Positions 30,701 to 40,526 are shown, counted from the stretch's first letter. The stretch: DNA of 64,000 nt from a bacterium (GCA_965209155.1 OZ242383.1:3808001-3872000), one strand, 5' to 3'. The notes: generated from the letters alone by a model not told the origin. A program made the numbers and translations.

Positions 30701-31499
30701 TGAAGCCATACACCTGGGACAGGAATTTCAAAAAGCTGACGATCCCATGCAAAATTCTCTGTTCGACTTGCTCAGTGAGGAAGAGTCGAAAAATACGGAA
30801 ACTCAATTGAATTTTCCAGACATGAAAGACTGGACCATAAAGCAAAAACTTGCCTGTGAAAAAGAAGCGCTTGGATTTTATGTTTCAGGACATCCTCTGG
30901 ATCACTACGAATCTGAAATAAAAAATTTAGCCACCACCACTCACGACCTCGAGGAAAATCGATTCAAAGATGGTGATACGGTTGCTTTGGCAGGAGTCAT
31001 TATTGCCAACACAGTCCGTCTTTCAAAAAGGAATGAGCGATTTGCTATTATTAACCTGGAAGACCAGCGTGGGTCCATCGAAATTCCGGTATATGCCAAG
31101 TTGTACGAGGAAGTTCGGGATTTACTGGATAAGGAGGAGCCCGTGTTGGTTCAAGGGCGTGTCAACTACCGGGATGATGACGGGGGACGACAGGGATTCA
31201 GCTTGATTGCCGAAAAAATCCAATGGCTCAGTCAAATACGCCAGGAGACCTGCAAAGGAGTTGTGATAGTGATTCGACAAAGCGATGACATTCCAGAATT
31301 TTTTGTATCTCATCAACTTCAATTATTGCTGGAAATGCTCTCGACGTTTCCAGGCAAGTCCCAAATATATTTTCATTTATATGTCGCTGATGGAAGTGAG
31401 ATTAAAATTCAATTACAGGAAAGCGTTGCCTTGGTACCAAAGTTGGTGGATTATTTAATTGATCTTTTTGGTGTGAAGAGGTTGGCCTTTGTTTATTAA
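27726..31499 (+). CDS. dnaE: DNA polymerase III subunit alpha
   Basis: HLHLHTQYS PHP domain, GPGRGSGA, LPDFDIDF, YGFNKSH, C-terminal OB fold. Confidence 0.98.
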   Translation: MTQQFTHLHLHTQYSLMQGAILIKSLVNALQELGYEACAITDHGNMFGAIEFYHALKSQNLTPIIGTGIYVADGSRHKRDYEKRGPNAHQTILLCQDRKGYHNLNYLSSLAYTEGKFYGVPRVDHELLEQNNEGLIALSAGLDGDLAQHLRKGRLDEARSLASWYRDVFAGRYYFELQVTDHIEQNELNSQLMALSGELDIPLVATNDCHYLKEKDVYAHYILELMGLQKRVSDLDKPSMKSNQLYLKSPEEMQTAFSSYPQEVLTNSVLIAEQCKLSLENNSYYFPKFEIPTDDTLDSYLIRQARQGLQKRLENLYELYNPADSFEAFRSPYDERLEFELNVIIQMEFPGYFLIVADFVNWAKDHEILVGPGRGSGAASLVAYALRITDVDPLRYGLLFERFLNPDRISLPDFDIDFEVNGREAVINYVRNKYGENNVCQIATFQSLGAKAAIRNVARVLDFPYVEADKIARLIPNKPGIDLNESLQQEPDLARIEREGTENEQKLIGLAKSLEGLNTHLGTHAAGVIIMDCDIREVMPVCTGKEESLQSMYTMKYAEDQGAVKFDFLGLLTLSIIEAAIKLIHRQDPQSNGRVPFKIEMIPMDDPLTFELLCHGNTTGVFQLESSGMRKLVHDMQPSTFGDIVAILALFRPGPLGSGMVDDFIQCKHGRKQIVYPHKLMIPILEETYGVMVYQEQIIQAVQVLAGFTLGQADLLRRAIGKKIAEVLAEQRQNFVQGCLNNREYVSGCGSESPEQKANEIFDLIDYFSGYGFNKSHTVAYGLISYQTAYLKAHYPVQFMAALLNCSMNQPEKVVNFISECKEMGIEVLPPDVNQSVNEFTVSFLHFELTTKSQSMLERLEIPVSILDVLGSLENKVFQTKNELLAALKKLEDEHAGESERILSFQQEIVRAMRVEAVRFGLSAVKNVGGNAVDAILEARTQKKENRFTNFMEFMKTVDLTKVSSRVLESFIKCGAFDSLNSNRAQLLQVLDEAIHLGQEFQKADDPMQNSLFDLLSEEESKNTETQLNFPDMKDWTIKQKLACEKEALGFYVSGHPLDHYESEIKNLATTTHDLEENRFKDGDTVALAGVIIANTVRLSKRNERFAIINLEDQRGSIEIPVYAKLYEEVRDLLDKEEPVLVQGRVNYRDDDGGRQGFSLIAEKIQWLSQIRQETCKGVVIVIRQSDDIPEFFVSHQLQLLLEMLSTFPGKSQIYFHLYVADGSEIKIQLQESVALVPKLVDYLIDLFGVKRLAFVY

Positions 31500-31594
31500 T
31501 CCTTTGTGATGTTTTCTAATTTAAAGAAACATAATATGCCAGAAAATATTTTATTTTCATTCCAAGTCCTTCCATGAAGAATTAAACCACTTCA

Positions 31595-31650
31595 TTCTTG
31601 TCCCTGCTAAACTTGTCCCTGCGAAAGCAGGGAACAGGGAGCAGGGATTG
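31595..31650. repeat. degenerate REP-like palindrome cluster between convergent genes
   Basis: CTAAACTTGTCCCTGCGAAAGCAGGGA, with a close variant at 43021-43047. Confidence 0.55.
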
Positions 31651-31653
31651 GAG

Positions 31654-34600
31654 TTATGCATCAATCTGTCTGCCAATCAACCGACTATACAATTTCCCCT
31701 TAGCAACCAGTAAATGATGGGGGCCTGTTTCAACCACTTGCCCCTGATCGAGGACCACAATAGTATGAGCATTGCGAATTGTGGAGAGACGATGCGCAAT
31801 AATGACAGTAGTACGGTCATGCATGAGTTCTTCAAGTGCAAGGTGAATTGATTTTTCATTGATAGCATCCAAATGCGATGTCGCTTCGTCAAGAATGAGC
31901 ACAGGCGCATCTTTGAGGAATGCCCTTGCAATAGCGATACGCTGACGTTGACCTCCCGAGAGTCGAACTCCTCTTTCTCCCACCCGTGTTTCGAGACCTT
32001 CTGGAAGTGAAGAAATGAAATCATCCAATGCGGCTCGGCGCAGGGCTGAGGTGATTTCTTCCTCACCTGCCGTTGGACGAGCGATATTTATATTTTCCCG
32101 CAGTGTTGAATTGAATAAATAAGTATCTTGCGAAACAAGTGAAATGTTTTGCCGCAATTCTTCCAGACGGTATTGAGTGAGTGGAACCCCTTGAAAACGA
32201 ATAATCCCGACCTGTGGGTCCCAAAATCGCATCAACAAATGAGCAATTGTAGTTTTACCGGCACCAGAAGGACCAACGAGTGCGACCAATTTTCCTTTAG
32301 GCACATCAAAACTCACGTTCCATAAGGCATAGCGACCATCTTGCAGGTAGGAAAATTTCACCTGATCCATTTGCAAATCGATTGGCAATGGATTCCGCGA
32401 TGCGTCAGAAATTTGCGAAACTCCCGGGCCGTCCCGGACCAGGATGGGTTCATTTCGTACTACATACAAACGTCGCGTTGCGCCTAATGTGTCTGCTAAT
32501 TGACGTCCAATTTGCGCAATTTCAGAGACTGGCAGGAAAGCTGCCATTGATATTAAAGTCAGTAACGGCAGGATAGCGCTGTCCAATGAACCCAAACTCA
32601 CCAGGTAAGCGCCACTGACTGCAACCGCCAGGCCTCCCAAGCCCGTTGCTATCTCGAGCAATGCCGTTTGTAAGGTCAAGTCCCGGAAAAAAGGCAAACG
32701 AATCAGGTGGTGAACCTTTGTTTTCCCTATGAGTTCTTTTCTCCTCAAACGGGTTTGCTGAAAAGCAATGACTTCAATGAGCCCTTGAATGGTATCCACG
32801 ACATGAGCATTCAGGTTACCCAGCGCTTCTCTGGCACGTGACCCCAATTCATCGATCCGCCTCCTCAGCAAAAATGGGCTCGAGCCAACCAAGATCAAAA
32901 AAGGTAGAAGAGCGATCGCCATCAGAGGTCCCTGGAGGATTAAAGTCAGGACTACTACGAAGGGAACCAGTACCGCAACAAAGGCAGGCGCGACGGTGTG
33001 TGCGAAAAAAAATTCAACTAACTCCACATCATGGGTTGCGTTCCCGATCAAGTCTCCGCTTCGACGTCTCGTCATATAAGCAGGTCCCAGCGCATCTAAT
33101 TTTTGATAAAGGGCGATGCGTAATTCGCTCAACAAACGAAACGCCATATCATGAGCGATCCAGGATTCCAGCCAATGAGATACCCCCGCGAGCGGCGCAA
33201 TGATAAAAAGCAAGATTAACATTGAATCATAGGGAGTCCCGTTTTTTATGGATGCCACAATCAACGCACTGACAATTCCGACTCCAATCAGCGCAATGAC
33301 ACGCGTCACTCCCAGAACAAAGGTAAGCGTCAGTTTGACTTTCCAAGGCGCAATCAATCGCATGAGATACCGAATCGTCTCACCCCAACTCAATCCATCC
33401 GCCCTGAGTATTTCATCGTCCGGTTCCTGTTGAGTTTCGTTTGTTCCGTACCCGGTAAATAAATTGTTTGTTTCATGCTGAAAAATTTCTTTGTTTAAAA
33501 TTTTATTGGTATCGAAATGATTTTTTTGCAAGTAGTCTCTATTATATTCTCCTATCTGAGCGGCCATCAGGGAATGATAAGCTCCGGATCTCCGCAGGAG
33601 TTCCGCATGAGTCCCCTGTTCTACGATCGTTCCATGTTCCAGCACAAAAATCCGATCTGAATCGATCACGCTGGACAGTCGATGCGCAAAAATCAGGGTG
33701 GTACGCCCCACCATAACCCGGTCCAAGGCTTCCTGGATGATTGTTTCATTTTCGCTATCAACCGCGGAGAGCGCTTCATCGAGTAACAATACCGGTGCGT
33801 CCCGTAACAATGCGCGAGCAATAGCGATGCGTTGTCGCTGACCTCCCGACAACTTGATTCCTCTCTCTCCAATGACGGTATGGTAACCCTGTGGAAGGTG
33901 GGAAATGAATTCATGAGCATTGGCGGTTTGGGCAGCTGCAATCAATTCCTCTTCCGTTGCGCTTGCTTGTCCGAAACGTAGATTCTCGGCAACGGTCCCA
34001 TGGAAGAGATACGTATCCTGTTGGACCACGGCAATGTGCTGGTAAAGCGTGTCCATACTGATCTTTCGCAAATCCTTCCCTCCCAAGCGAATAACACCTT
34101 TTTGCGGATTGTAGAGTCTCAACAACAAACGAACTACCGTTGATTTTCCACACCCGCTGGGTCCCACAATACCAATCCGTTCTCCGGCGCGAACTTTAAA
34201 ATTCAAATTGTGGTGGGCCATTTTATTGGTTCCTGGATAAGAAAATGTGACACGTTCAAAACAAATTGTGGGATCGAAGGGTTTTTGATTGCCCTGAGAA
34301 AGGATTTCAGTTTCAGCAGTTTGTTGAAGGGGAGCAATCAACGTTTTCTGATCCAGCAGGCGCAAGATTCCCTGAGCTGCCGATTGTCCCATCATACCGT
34401 GGTGCAAAAGTTCCCTCAATTCCCGCAAAGGACGAAACACTTCAATTCCCATCATCAGGATCATGAGGAGCGCTTCCAACGACATTTGACCTTGCGTCAC
34501 CCGGTAGGCCCCTAAGGCCAGCATAGATGCCGCTCCAACAGCTATGCCCGTATCGGTAATACCTCGTGTGAGCGTATTGGTTGCCAACACCCACATGGTT

Positions 34601-35292
34601 CGTTTGAAAAGTTCGTGAGATTTTTCAGCAAGCAGTCGACCCCGGTTCGTACTTTGACCAAAGGCCTGCAGGGTGGCCAATCCTTGTAGTGAATCCAGAA
34701 ATTCCGCGCCAAACTCTGCGTAGGCCATCTGACGGCTTTTTGCGCTGTTTATGTCCCATTTGTGGAAGAGCATTGGGGCAAAAAGCGTGAGCAACGAAAA
34801 GATCAGCATGACACCGGCAACCGGCCAGTCCAGGAAAAAAACAAACAGAAATATGGCAAAGGGGAGCAACATCGCAATGAAAATTTGCGGAATGTATCGT
34901 CCAAAATAAGTCTCCAATTGTTCCACTCCATCGACTACCGTGAGCAGTACGTCTCCAGTCCGATGCAGGTCGAAATGCGCCGGTCCCAACTCAACGATTT
35001 TGTCGTATAAAACTTTCCGGAGAAGCACTTGTACCCTGGCGGAAGTATGATGAGCGAGCATATTGCGTCCGAATTCGAGAAACCCTCTCAATAGCATGAG
35101 AACAACCACCACGCTGGTTGAATGCACTAAGGTGTTGAACGGCTCGCTGTTGAATACTTGCGCCAAAAGCCATCCCAATGCGGCAAGACGGGCAACTCCA
35201 ACCATTGATGACAGGAGCCCCAGTGCCACAGTGGCGGCGATTCTCAAACGAACGCCTTCTGTGAAGACCCAAAGGCGGAAATTAAAATACAT
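31654..35292 (-). CDS. fused TMD-NBD-TMD-NBD ABC exporter, CydD/CydC-like
   Basis: two Walker A motifs (GPSGCGKS, GPSGAGKT), two LSGGQRQR signatures, two TM domains. Confidence 0.9.
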   Translation of the reverse strand: MYFNFRLWVFTEGVRLRIAATVALGLLSSMVGVARLAALGWLLAQVFNSEPFNTLVHSTSVVVVLMLLRGFLEFGRNMLAHHTSARVQVLLRKVLYDKIVELGPAHFDLHRTGDVLLTVVDGVEQLETYFGRYIPQIFIAMLLPFAIFLFVFFLDWPVAGVMLIFSLLTLFAPMLFHKWDINSAKSRQMAYAEFGAEFLDSLQGLATLQAFGQSTNRGRLLAEKSHELFKRTMWVLATNTLTRGITDTGIAVGAASMLALGAYRVTQGQMSLEALLMILMMGIEVFRPLRELRELLHHGMMGQSAAQGILRLLDQKTLIAPLQQTAETEILSQGNQKPFDPTICFERVTFSYPGTNKMAHHNLNFKVRAGERIGIVGPSGCGKSTVVRLLLRLYNPQKGVIRLGGKDLRKISMDTLYQHIAVVQQDTYLFHGTVAENLRFGQASATEEELIAAAQTANAHEFISHLPQGYHTVIGERGIKLSGGQRQRIAIARALLRDAPVLLLDEALSAVDSENETIIQEALDRVMVGRTTLIFAHRLSSVIDSDRIFVLEHGTIVEQGTHAELLRRSGAYHSLMAAQIGEYNRDYLQKNHFDTNKILNKEIFQHETNNLFTGYGTNETQQEPDDEILRADGLSWGETIRYLMRLIAPWKVKLTLTFVLGVTRVIALIGVGIVSALIVASIKNGTPYDSMLILLFIIAPLAGVSHWLESWIAHDMAFRLLSELRIALYQKLDALGPAYMTRRRSGDLIGNATHDVELVEFFFAHTVAPAFVAVLVPFVVVLTLILQGPLMAIALLPFLILVGSSPFLLRRRIDELGSRAREALGNLNAHVVDTIQGLIEVIAFQQTRLRRKELIGKTKVHHLIRLPFFRDLTLQTALLEIATGLGGLAVAVSGAYLVSLGSLDSAILPLLTLISMAAFLPVSEIAQIGRQLADTLGATRRLYVVRNEPILVRDGPGVSQISDASRNPLPIDLQMDQVKFSYLQDGRYALWNVSFDVPKGKLVALVGPSGAGKTTIAHLLMRFWDPQVGIIRFQGVPLTQYRLEELRQNISLVSQDTYLFNSTLRENINIARPTAGEEEITSALRRAALDDFISSLPEGLETRVGERGVRLSGGQRQRIAIARAFLKDAPVLILDEATSHLDAINEKSIHLALEELMHDRTTVIIAHRLSTIRNAHTIVVLDQGQVVETGPHHLLVAKGKLYSRLIGRQIDA

Positions 35293-35577
35293 GAAAGTGT
35301 CTTATTGATTTTTAATATTGTGAGACGGGTACAGCTTATGAAGGTTTGGGATAAAATATAACAAATTGATGTCAGTACGCAGTTGTCCACCTGCCACGTT
35401 TTTGTTGAATCGACCAGGTGAGAATCCGCATTCAATCAGGTGCAACGTATTTTTTGATACAATATTTTTTTTAAATACGCTATACCAGATTCTGGAAGTA
35501 AATTCAGTCAACAGCCTGTGATATTCCCATTTCGTAGCTACTTGTATGATCTGGAAATTAAAATTTTGCTTTGTTTG

Positions 35578-36140
35578 AGTCATCACCACCGGCAGAGCCG
35601 GTGGCTTGAAGAGGCCCCCAGTATGAGGGCAAAACGTGTTCGTCATCGTATGACGTGCTCGTGCTCGTGAACGAAAAAGGCTGCCATGTTAGATCATGAA
35701 AAACTCGATGTATACCAATGTTCCATCGAATTTTTAGCGTTATCTGTCCAAGTCATCGAAACATTGCCAAAAGGATACTCAGCCTTAGTTGACCAACTGA
35801 AAAGGACCTCATGGTCGATTCCTCTCAATATCGCAGAAGGCTGTGGAAAAAATTCCTTTCCTGACAAGCAACGATTCTATGCATTGGCCCGAGGTTCCGC
35901 AATGGAATGCGCTGCTATTCTCGATGTTTTAAACGTGTTGAAGATCATCCAGCCTCCTTTATTTGACGAAGGGAAACAGTTACTTCATCGCATTGTTTCT
36001 ATGTTAACCAAAATGTGACGTCGAATTCACTGACCGTTCACGAGCACGAGCACGGCTAACGGACACGGATACGTCTCTCATGTCTGACCGGCAAAGCTTA
36101 TTAGGTTCGCACCAGCAGAGCTGGTGGTTTAATGAGATTA
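35578..36140 (-). mobile_element. non-autonomous IS200/IS605-like element with four-helix-bundle gene, copy 2 (563 bp)
   Basis: same ends as copy 1 in reverse orientation; target TAAT read on the minus strand at 36141-36144. Confidence 0.9.
35686..36018 (+). CDS. four helix bundle protein, 5 aa shorter (TGC to TGA)
   Basis: near-identical to the other copies, premature stop at codon 111. Confidence 0.9.
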   Translation: MLDHEKLDVYQCSIEFLALSVQVIETLPKGYSALVDQLKRTSWSIPLNIAEGCGKNSFPDKQRFYALARGSAMECAAILDVLNVLKIIQPPLFDEGKQLLHRIVSMLTKM

Positions 36141-36262
36141 ATTATTTGCTTTCCGTTCGAATTTATGAAAAACAAATCATTGAAAATATTGATCATTTAC
36201 AGATTATTCATCTTCTGAAATTATTATGAACTCTCATACGGATCTGAGTTGTGCGACACGAA

Positions 36263-37165
36263 ATGTCAGATAGCAAGCAGTTTGGTCCAGCTGTCGTCCT
36301 TTATGGAGAACGTCGTGGTAAATATCCGGAAGGCAATTCATTGTTGGTGCGAGGAAAGGAGGAATCGGTTCTGATCGATCCTTCTCTGGCCATGATTCCT
36401 CGCCGTAGGATCTTACCAAAAGTAGACTGGATCCTCAACAGTCACTGTCATGAAGATCACATTGCCGGAAATCATCTTTATTCCAATCTTCCATGGTATT
36501 TTCACGAGTTGGATCGTCCGGGCATTCAATCCCTGGAAGGTTTATTGGCGATTTATGGTTTTTCAGAAGAGATCAATTCAATCTTTCGACAGGTGCTCAC
36601 TGACCGCTTTCATTTCATGGCTAAAGACGACGCTATTTCTTTTACAGATGGAACCGTTTTTGATTTGGGCGGTACCACCCTTCGAACCATCCACACTCCC
36701 GGACACACCCGCGGTCACTGCTGTTTCTTTATCGAATCTACCGGGAAAGAACCCTTGTTGTACCTGGGTGATATCGAACTGAGCAGTTTTGGCCCCTATT
36801 ACGGAGACGCCTGGTCCGATCTAGAAGATTTTGAACGCAGCTTGAAGACTGTCCGGGAAATCGAAGCCCACTGGTATGCCACTTTTCATCACATTGGAAT
36901 TCTGGACAGGGAGCATTTTCTCGAAAGACTCGACCGCTTCGAAGCCGTTATAGGTCGACGTGAAGAACGATTATTGGAATTTCTCACAGAACCCAAAACT
37001 CTGGACGACATCGCAAAACATCGTTTCATTTACCGACCTGGAGATAATGTGTTCTATGCCGATTGCGTGGAACGTCGTAGTATGGCTTTTCACCTGTTAC
37101 GACTCGAACGAGAAAATCGAGTGCGTCAAGTCCAAAAAGGTAGGTGGCAGCAAATTGATTCTTGA
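36263..37165 (+). CDS. MBL-fold metallo-hydrolase
   Basis: SHCHEDH, TPGHTRGH and GD motifs. Confidence 0.9.
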   Translation: MSDSKQFGPAVVLYGERRGKYPEGNSLLVRGKEESVLIDPSLAMIPRRRILPKVDWILNSHCHEDHIAGNHLYSNLPWYFHELDRPGIQSLEGLLAIYGFSEEINSIFRQVLTDRFHFMAKDDAISFTDGTVFDLGGTTLRTIHTPGHTRGHCCFFIESTGKEPLLYLGDIELSSFGPYYGDAWSDLEDFERSLKTVREIEAHWYATFHHIGILDREHFLERLDRFEAVIGRREERLLEFLTEPKTLDDIAKHRFIYRPGDNVFYADCVERRSMAFHLLRLERENRVRQVQKGRWQQIDS

Positions 37166-37203
37166 GAATGAATCGTAAAATTCTTAAAAACATTACATTT
37201 AAT

Positions 37204-37340
37204 ATGCGAATCAGGAGTTGAAATTTAATTTATAAAACCAATAATTTAATAATTATGATGCGGCATCCGAAATTTCGCCCGTATCCCTTGGATTCCTGGT
37301 CAAGCCAGGAATGACACGTTTTTTAACTCCTGATTCACGT
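37204..37340. repeat. family-B MITE-like element (uninterrupted copy)
   Basis: TIRs ATGCGAATCAGGAGTT / AACTCCTGATTCACGT; internal TGGATTCCTGGTCAAGCCAGGAATGAC. Confidence 0.85.
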
Positions 37341-37369
37341 ATTTAATTTAATAATATCAGAGATTTGAC

Positions 37370-38182
37370 ATGGATACTATCGATAAGTCAAACTTGGAGG
37401 GATATTTTTTCGAAACCATTGAATTAGACGTTCAAAACCATATCATGACCCTCACGCTCAACCGTCCTGATAAAAAAAACGCAATCAACGATACCCTGTC
37501 CAACGAATTCAATTATGCGTTGAGCTTTGCAAAGCAAGAACGTGGAATTCGTGTCGTGGTATTGGCGGCTAAGGGAGATGTATTTTGCGCTGGCGCGGAT
37601 TTGAAATCTTTCCAGGGACAAAAGGAAAAGACTCGCAGCACTGTACCTCGAATGGATGAAAAAATGAACATTGCCAGCAGTATCCGTGATTTACGCAAAC
37701 CCGTCATCGCCAAAGTTCAAGGACCGGTCCTGGCAGGCGCCCTTCTTATGATTTGCAATGCAACCCATGTAGTTGTTGCTGATCATGTCTATTTTTGTAC
37801 ACCAGAAATCAAAAGAGGGCTCTGGCCTTACATGGTGATGGCAGGATTGTTCCGAGTGATGCCTCGACGCGTGGGACTCGATTTTATCATGCGTGGAATT
37901 CCCATGAATGCTTGGGACGCTAAGCAAAACGGGCTCGTATCCGAAGTCGTTCCAGCAAACCGGCTTGGAGCTCGAGTGGCGGAATTGGCCGACGAATTGG
38001 CAAAATTAGCTCCTTCCACCATGCAGATGGGACTGGAAGCGTTCTATCATCAAGAACTCATGCCGATGGAAGATGCTCTGCCTTACTTGAAAATGATGCT
38101 GGAAAAAACCGTTAAATCGGAGGATGCTCAAGAAGGCATCACCGCTTTCTTTGAAAAAAGAGAACCTCGATGGAATAATTGA
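37370..38182 (+). CDS. enoyl-CoA hydratase/isomerase family protein
   Basis: LNRPDKKNA, FCAGADL, PEIKRG and EGITAFFEKR motifs. Confidence 0.92.
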   Translation: MDTIDKSNLEGYFFETIELDVQNHIMTLTLNRPDKKNAINDTLSNEFNYALSFAKQERGIRVVVLAAKGDVFCAGADLKSFQGQKEKTRSTVPRMDEKMNIASSIRDLRKPVIAKVQGPVLAGALLMICNATHVVVADHVYFCTPEIKRGLWPYMVMAGLFRVMPRRVGLDFIMRGIPMNAWDAKQNGLVSEVVPANRLGARVAELADELAKLAPSTMQMGLEAFYHQELMPMEDALPYLKMMLEKTVKSEDAQEGITAFFEKREPRWNN

Positions 38183-38247
38183 AGCTAATACAGAAAAAAA
38201 GAAATTAATCCCTAAAGAGTGATTGATTGGAATAGGCAGGAGGCATA

Positions 38248-39354
38248 ATGGATATCAAAGACCTGACCATTGGTATTGAAGAAGAATATCAAATCATTGA
38301 TCCGGAAACTCGTGAACTGACTTCATACATTGCAGAAATTCTGGATAAAGGGACTATCATGTTCCGAGACCAGGTCAAACCCGAAGCGCTTCAGTCTCAG
38401 TTGGAGACCAACACGCACATTTGCCGTAACATCAAAGAAGCACGTCAGGAAATAACCCGGTTACGCAGTATTGTTTGTGACACGGCCATTAAAAACGGGT
38501 GCAAGATCGTTGCGGCCGGTACCCATCCCTTTTCCCGCTGGCAAGATCAATTGACCACTGAAAAAGAACGTTATCAAGGACTGATGGCCGACTTTCAGAT
38601 CCTTGGTCGACAATTGCTGATCTTTGGCATGCACGTTCACATCGGAATTCCGGACCCGGATTTGCGAATCGATATCATGAATCAGGTCTGCTATACCCTT
38701 CCTCACATCTTCGCGCTTTCCACCTCCTCTCCTTTTTGGTTGGGTGAAAATACCGGATTGAAATCCTATCGAGCCGTTATCTTCGAGGACTTGCCCCGCA
38801 CCGGACTCCCTGAATATTTTGATTCCAATCAAGCTTATGAAGACTACGTCAACACCTTGATCAAAACAAACTGCATGGATGATCCTACCAAAATCTGGTG
38901 GGATATCCGCCCCCATCCAAATTTTCCGACCCTCGAGTTTCGTATTTGTGACTGCACCACAAAAATCGATGAAGTGATTGCCATCGCGGCACTCATTCAA
39001 ACCCTGGTTGCGAAATTAATCCAATTGCGCCAAAACAATCAAACATGGCGTCTTTATCGCCCCAGCCTCATTGCAGAAAACAAATGGAGAGCGCTCCGAG
39101 ACGGATTGGATGGAAAATTCATCGATTTCGGCAAAAAAGAAGAAGTTCCCTTGCGATTTTTGTTAGAAGAATTGCTGGAATTGATTGACGATGTGGTCGA
39201 TGAATTGGAAACGCGTCAAGAAATCGAATACATTCGTACCATCATCAAAGAAGGCAGCAGCGCCGACCGGCAATTACGTAAATATGATGAAACCGGTAGT
39301 TTGGAGTCTGTGATTGATATGCTGGTGGAGGAAACCATGATTGGTTGTTATTGA
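38248..39354 (+). CDS. carboxylate-amine ligase (GCS2/YbdK family)
   Basis: GIEEEY, AAGTHPF, GMHVHIG, WWDIRP and LEFRICD motifs. Confidence 0.92.
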   Translation: MDIKDLTIGIEEEYQIIDPETRELTSYIAEILDKGTIMFRDQVKPEALQSQLETNTHICRNIKEARQEITRLRSIVCDTAIKNGCKIVAAGTHPFSRWQDQLTTEKERYQGLMADFQILGRQLLIFGMHVHIGIPDPDLRIDIMNQVCYTLPHIFALSTSSPFWLGENTGLKSYRAVIFEDLPRTGLPEYFDSNQAYEDYVNTLIKTNCMDDPTKIWWDIRPHPNFPTLEFRICDCTTKIDEVIAIAALIQTLVAKLIQLRQNNQTWRLYRPSLIAENKWRALRDGLDGKFIDFGKKEEVPLRFLLEELLELIDDVVDELETRQEIEYIRTIIKEGSSADRQLRKYDETGSLESVIDMLVEETMIGCY

Positions 39355-39505
39355 TTTCGAAGATGGTACAGATTTTTTTATTTTTAAGAAAACATAATAT
39401 GCAGTAAAATATTTCTTACGAAAATGCAAGCTTGGCGGTTCTGAGATTGATTCATTTCTGCAATTGATGAACCCTGTTAATGTGAATCAGGAGTTGAAAT
39501 TTAAT

Positions 39506-40101
39506 TAGTCCCCCACAAGGTTTAAACCTCCGCCTTTAGGCGGATAGATTTATCCCTCCCTATGCTATAGGCCCTCGCATGAAAGGAGGATCTCATGGAA
39601 TATAGGTATGGCATTCACACCGTTTTCAATATTGAGTATCATTTTGTTTGGGTTACCAAATATCGTTATAAGGTTCTCACTGGTGATGTCGCCTTGCGAG
39701 TTCGTGAATTGGTGCGTCAAACTTGCGAAGCATTTGAGATCCGAATTCTCAGTGGGGTGGTGAGTAAAGATCATGTCCATCTGTTTCTCTCCGCTCCTCC
39801 AAGCATGGCCCCAAGTGAGATCATGCGTCGCCTCAAAGGCAGAAGTGCTAGTAAGCTGTTTGAAGAGTTTCCTGTCATCAAAAAACGCTATTGGGGCCGA
39901 CACTTTTAGGCGAGAGGATATTTTTGTGCAACGGCAGGTCAAGTGACTGATGAAATGATTAAAAGTTATTTGGAGCATCATTTTGAATCGAATCCTAATG
40001 ATGATTTTCGGACCGAAGCCTAGACGGGTCTGAAATGACCCGTATCCGTACTTTCAGTACTTGAGTTTAAACCCTCCGTCTTCAGACGGTGGTTGTTTAG
40101 T
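39506..40101 (+). mobile_element. IS200/IS605 family element (tnpA only)
   Basis: follows TAAT; subterminal hairpins TCCGCCTTTAGGCGGA and CCGTCTTCAGACGG, each preceded by TAAA; ends TAGT; boundaries supported by comparison with the empty MITE at 37204. Confidence 0.9.
39595..40023 (+). pseudogene. tnpA: Y1 HUH transposase with in-frame amber stop
   Basis: YHFVWVTKYR, DHVHL, LKGRS; WGRHF*ARGYF (TGG to TAG at 39907-39909) lies before the catalytic IKSY helix. Confidence 0.92.
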
Positions 40102-40457
40102 TATAAAATAAAAAATTCAATATTTATGATGTGTCATGCCGGTCCCGGATCAAGTCCGGGATGATCCGGCATCCAAAATATCGCCCGCATCCCTTGGATT
40201 CCTGGTCAAGCCAGGAATGACACGTTTTTCAACTCCTGATTCACGTTATTAATCAATTACCATCATTCGGCCCTCTCCAAAACTGCTCACCTGTAACCTA
40301 TCGATCTCTCAGAAACTGGTACAGGAGTGGCTCATGCGAAAAGAAAAAATGAGCAATGTCCATTTTTTTGAAATTGTATGCTATATTCTTTCTTATGACA
40401 TCGTATAACAAATTCGTTAATCAGCATATTAATGAAATACTCAGTTTTCTGAATATT

Positions 40458-40526
40458 GTCATTCTGAGCCGTGACCGGAGAATCTCTTCAATCGAGGCGA
40501 GATCCTTCGCTCTGCTCACGATGACA
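40458..40526. repeat. REP-like palindrome doublet (GTCATTCTGAGC...GATGAC type)
   Basis: GTCATTCTGAGC...GAATCTC and GAGATCCTTCGCTCTGCTCACGATGAC form an inverted pair. Confidence 0.55.

Larger units (their letters stand above)
39480..40246. repeat. family-B MITE interrupted by an IS200/IS605 element
   Basis: left TIR ATGTGAATCAGGAGTTGAAATTTAAT, then the IS, then the remainder ending AACTCCTGATTCACGT. Confidence 0.85.

Noticed and set aside
35578..36140. 23S rRNA intervening sequence
   Set aside because: Flanks are not rRNA; no rRNA or tRNA gene was recognised in the window.
39907..39909. Pyrrolysine or programmed amber readthrough in tnpA
   Set aside because: The position is a conserved Trp one substitution from TAG, TAG is used as a normal stop elsewhere in the window, and no pyl genes are seen.
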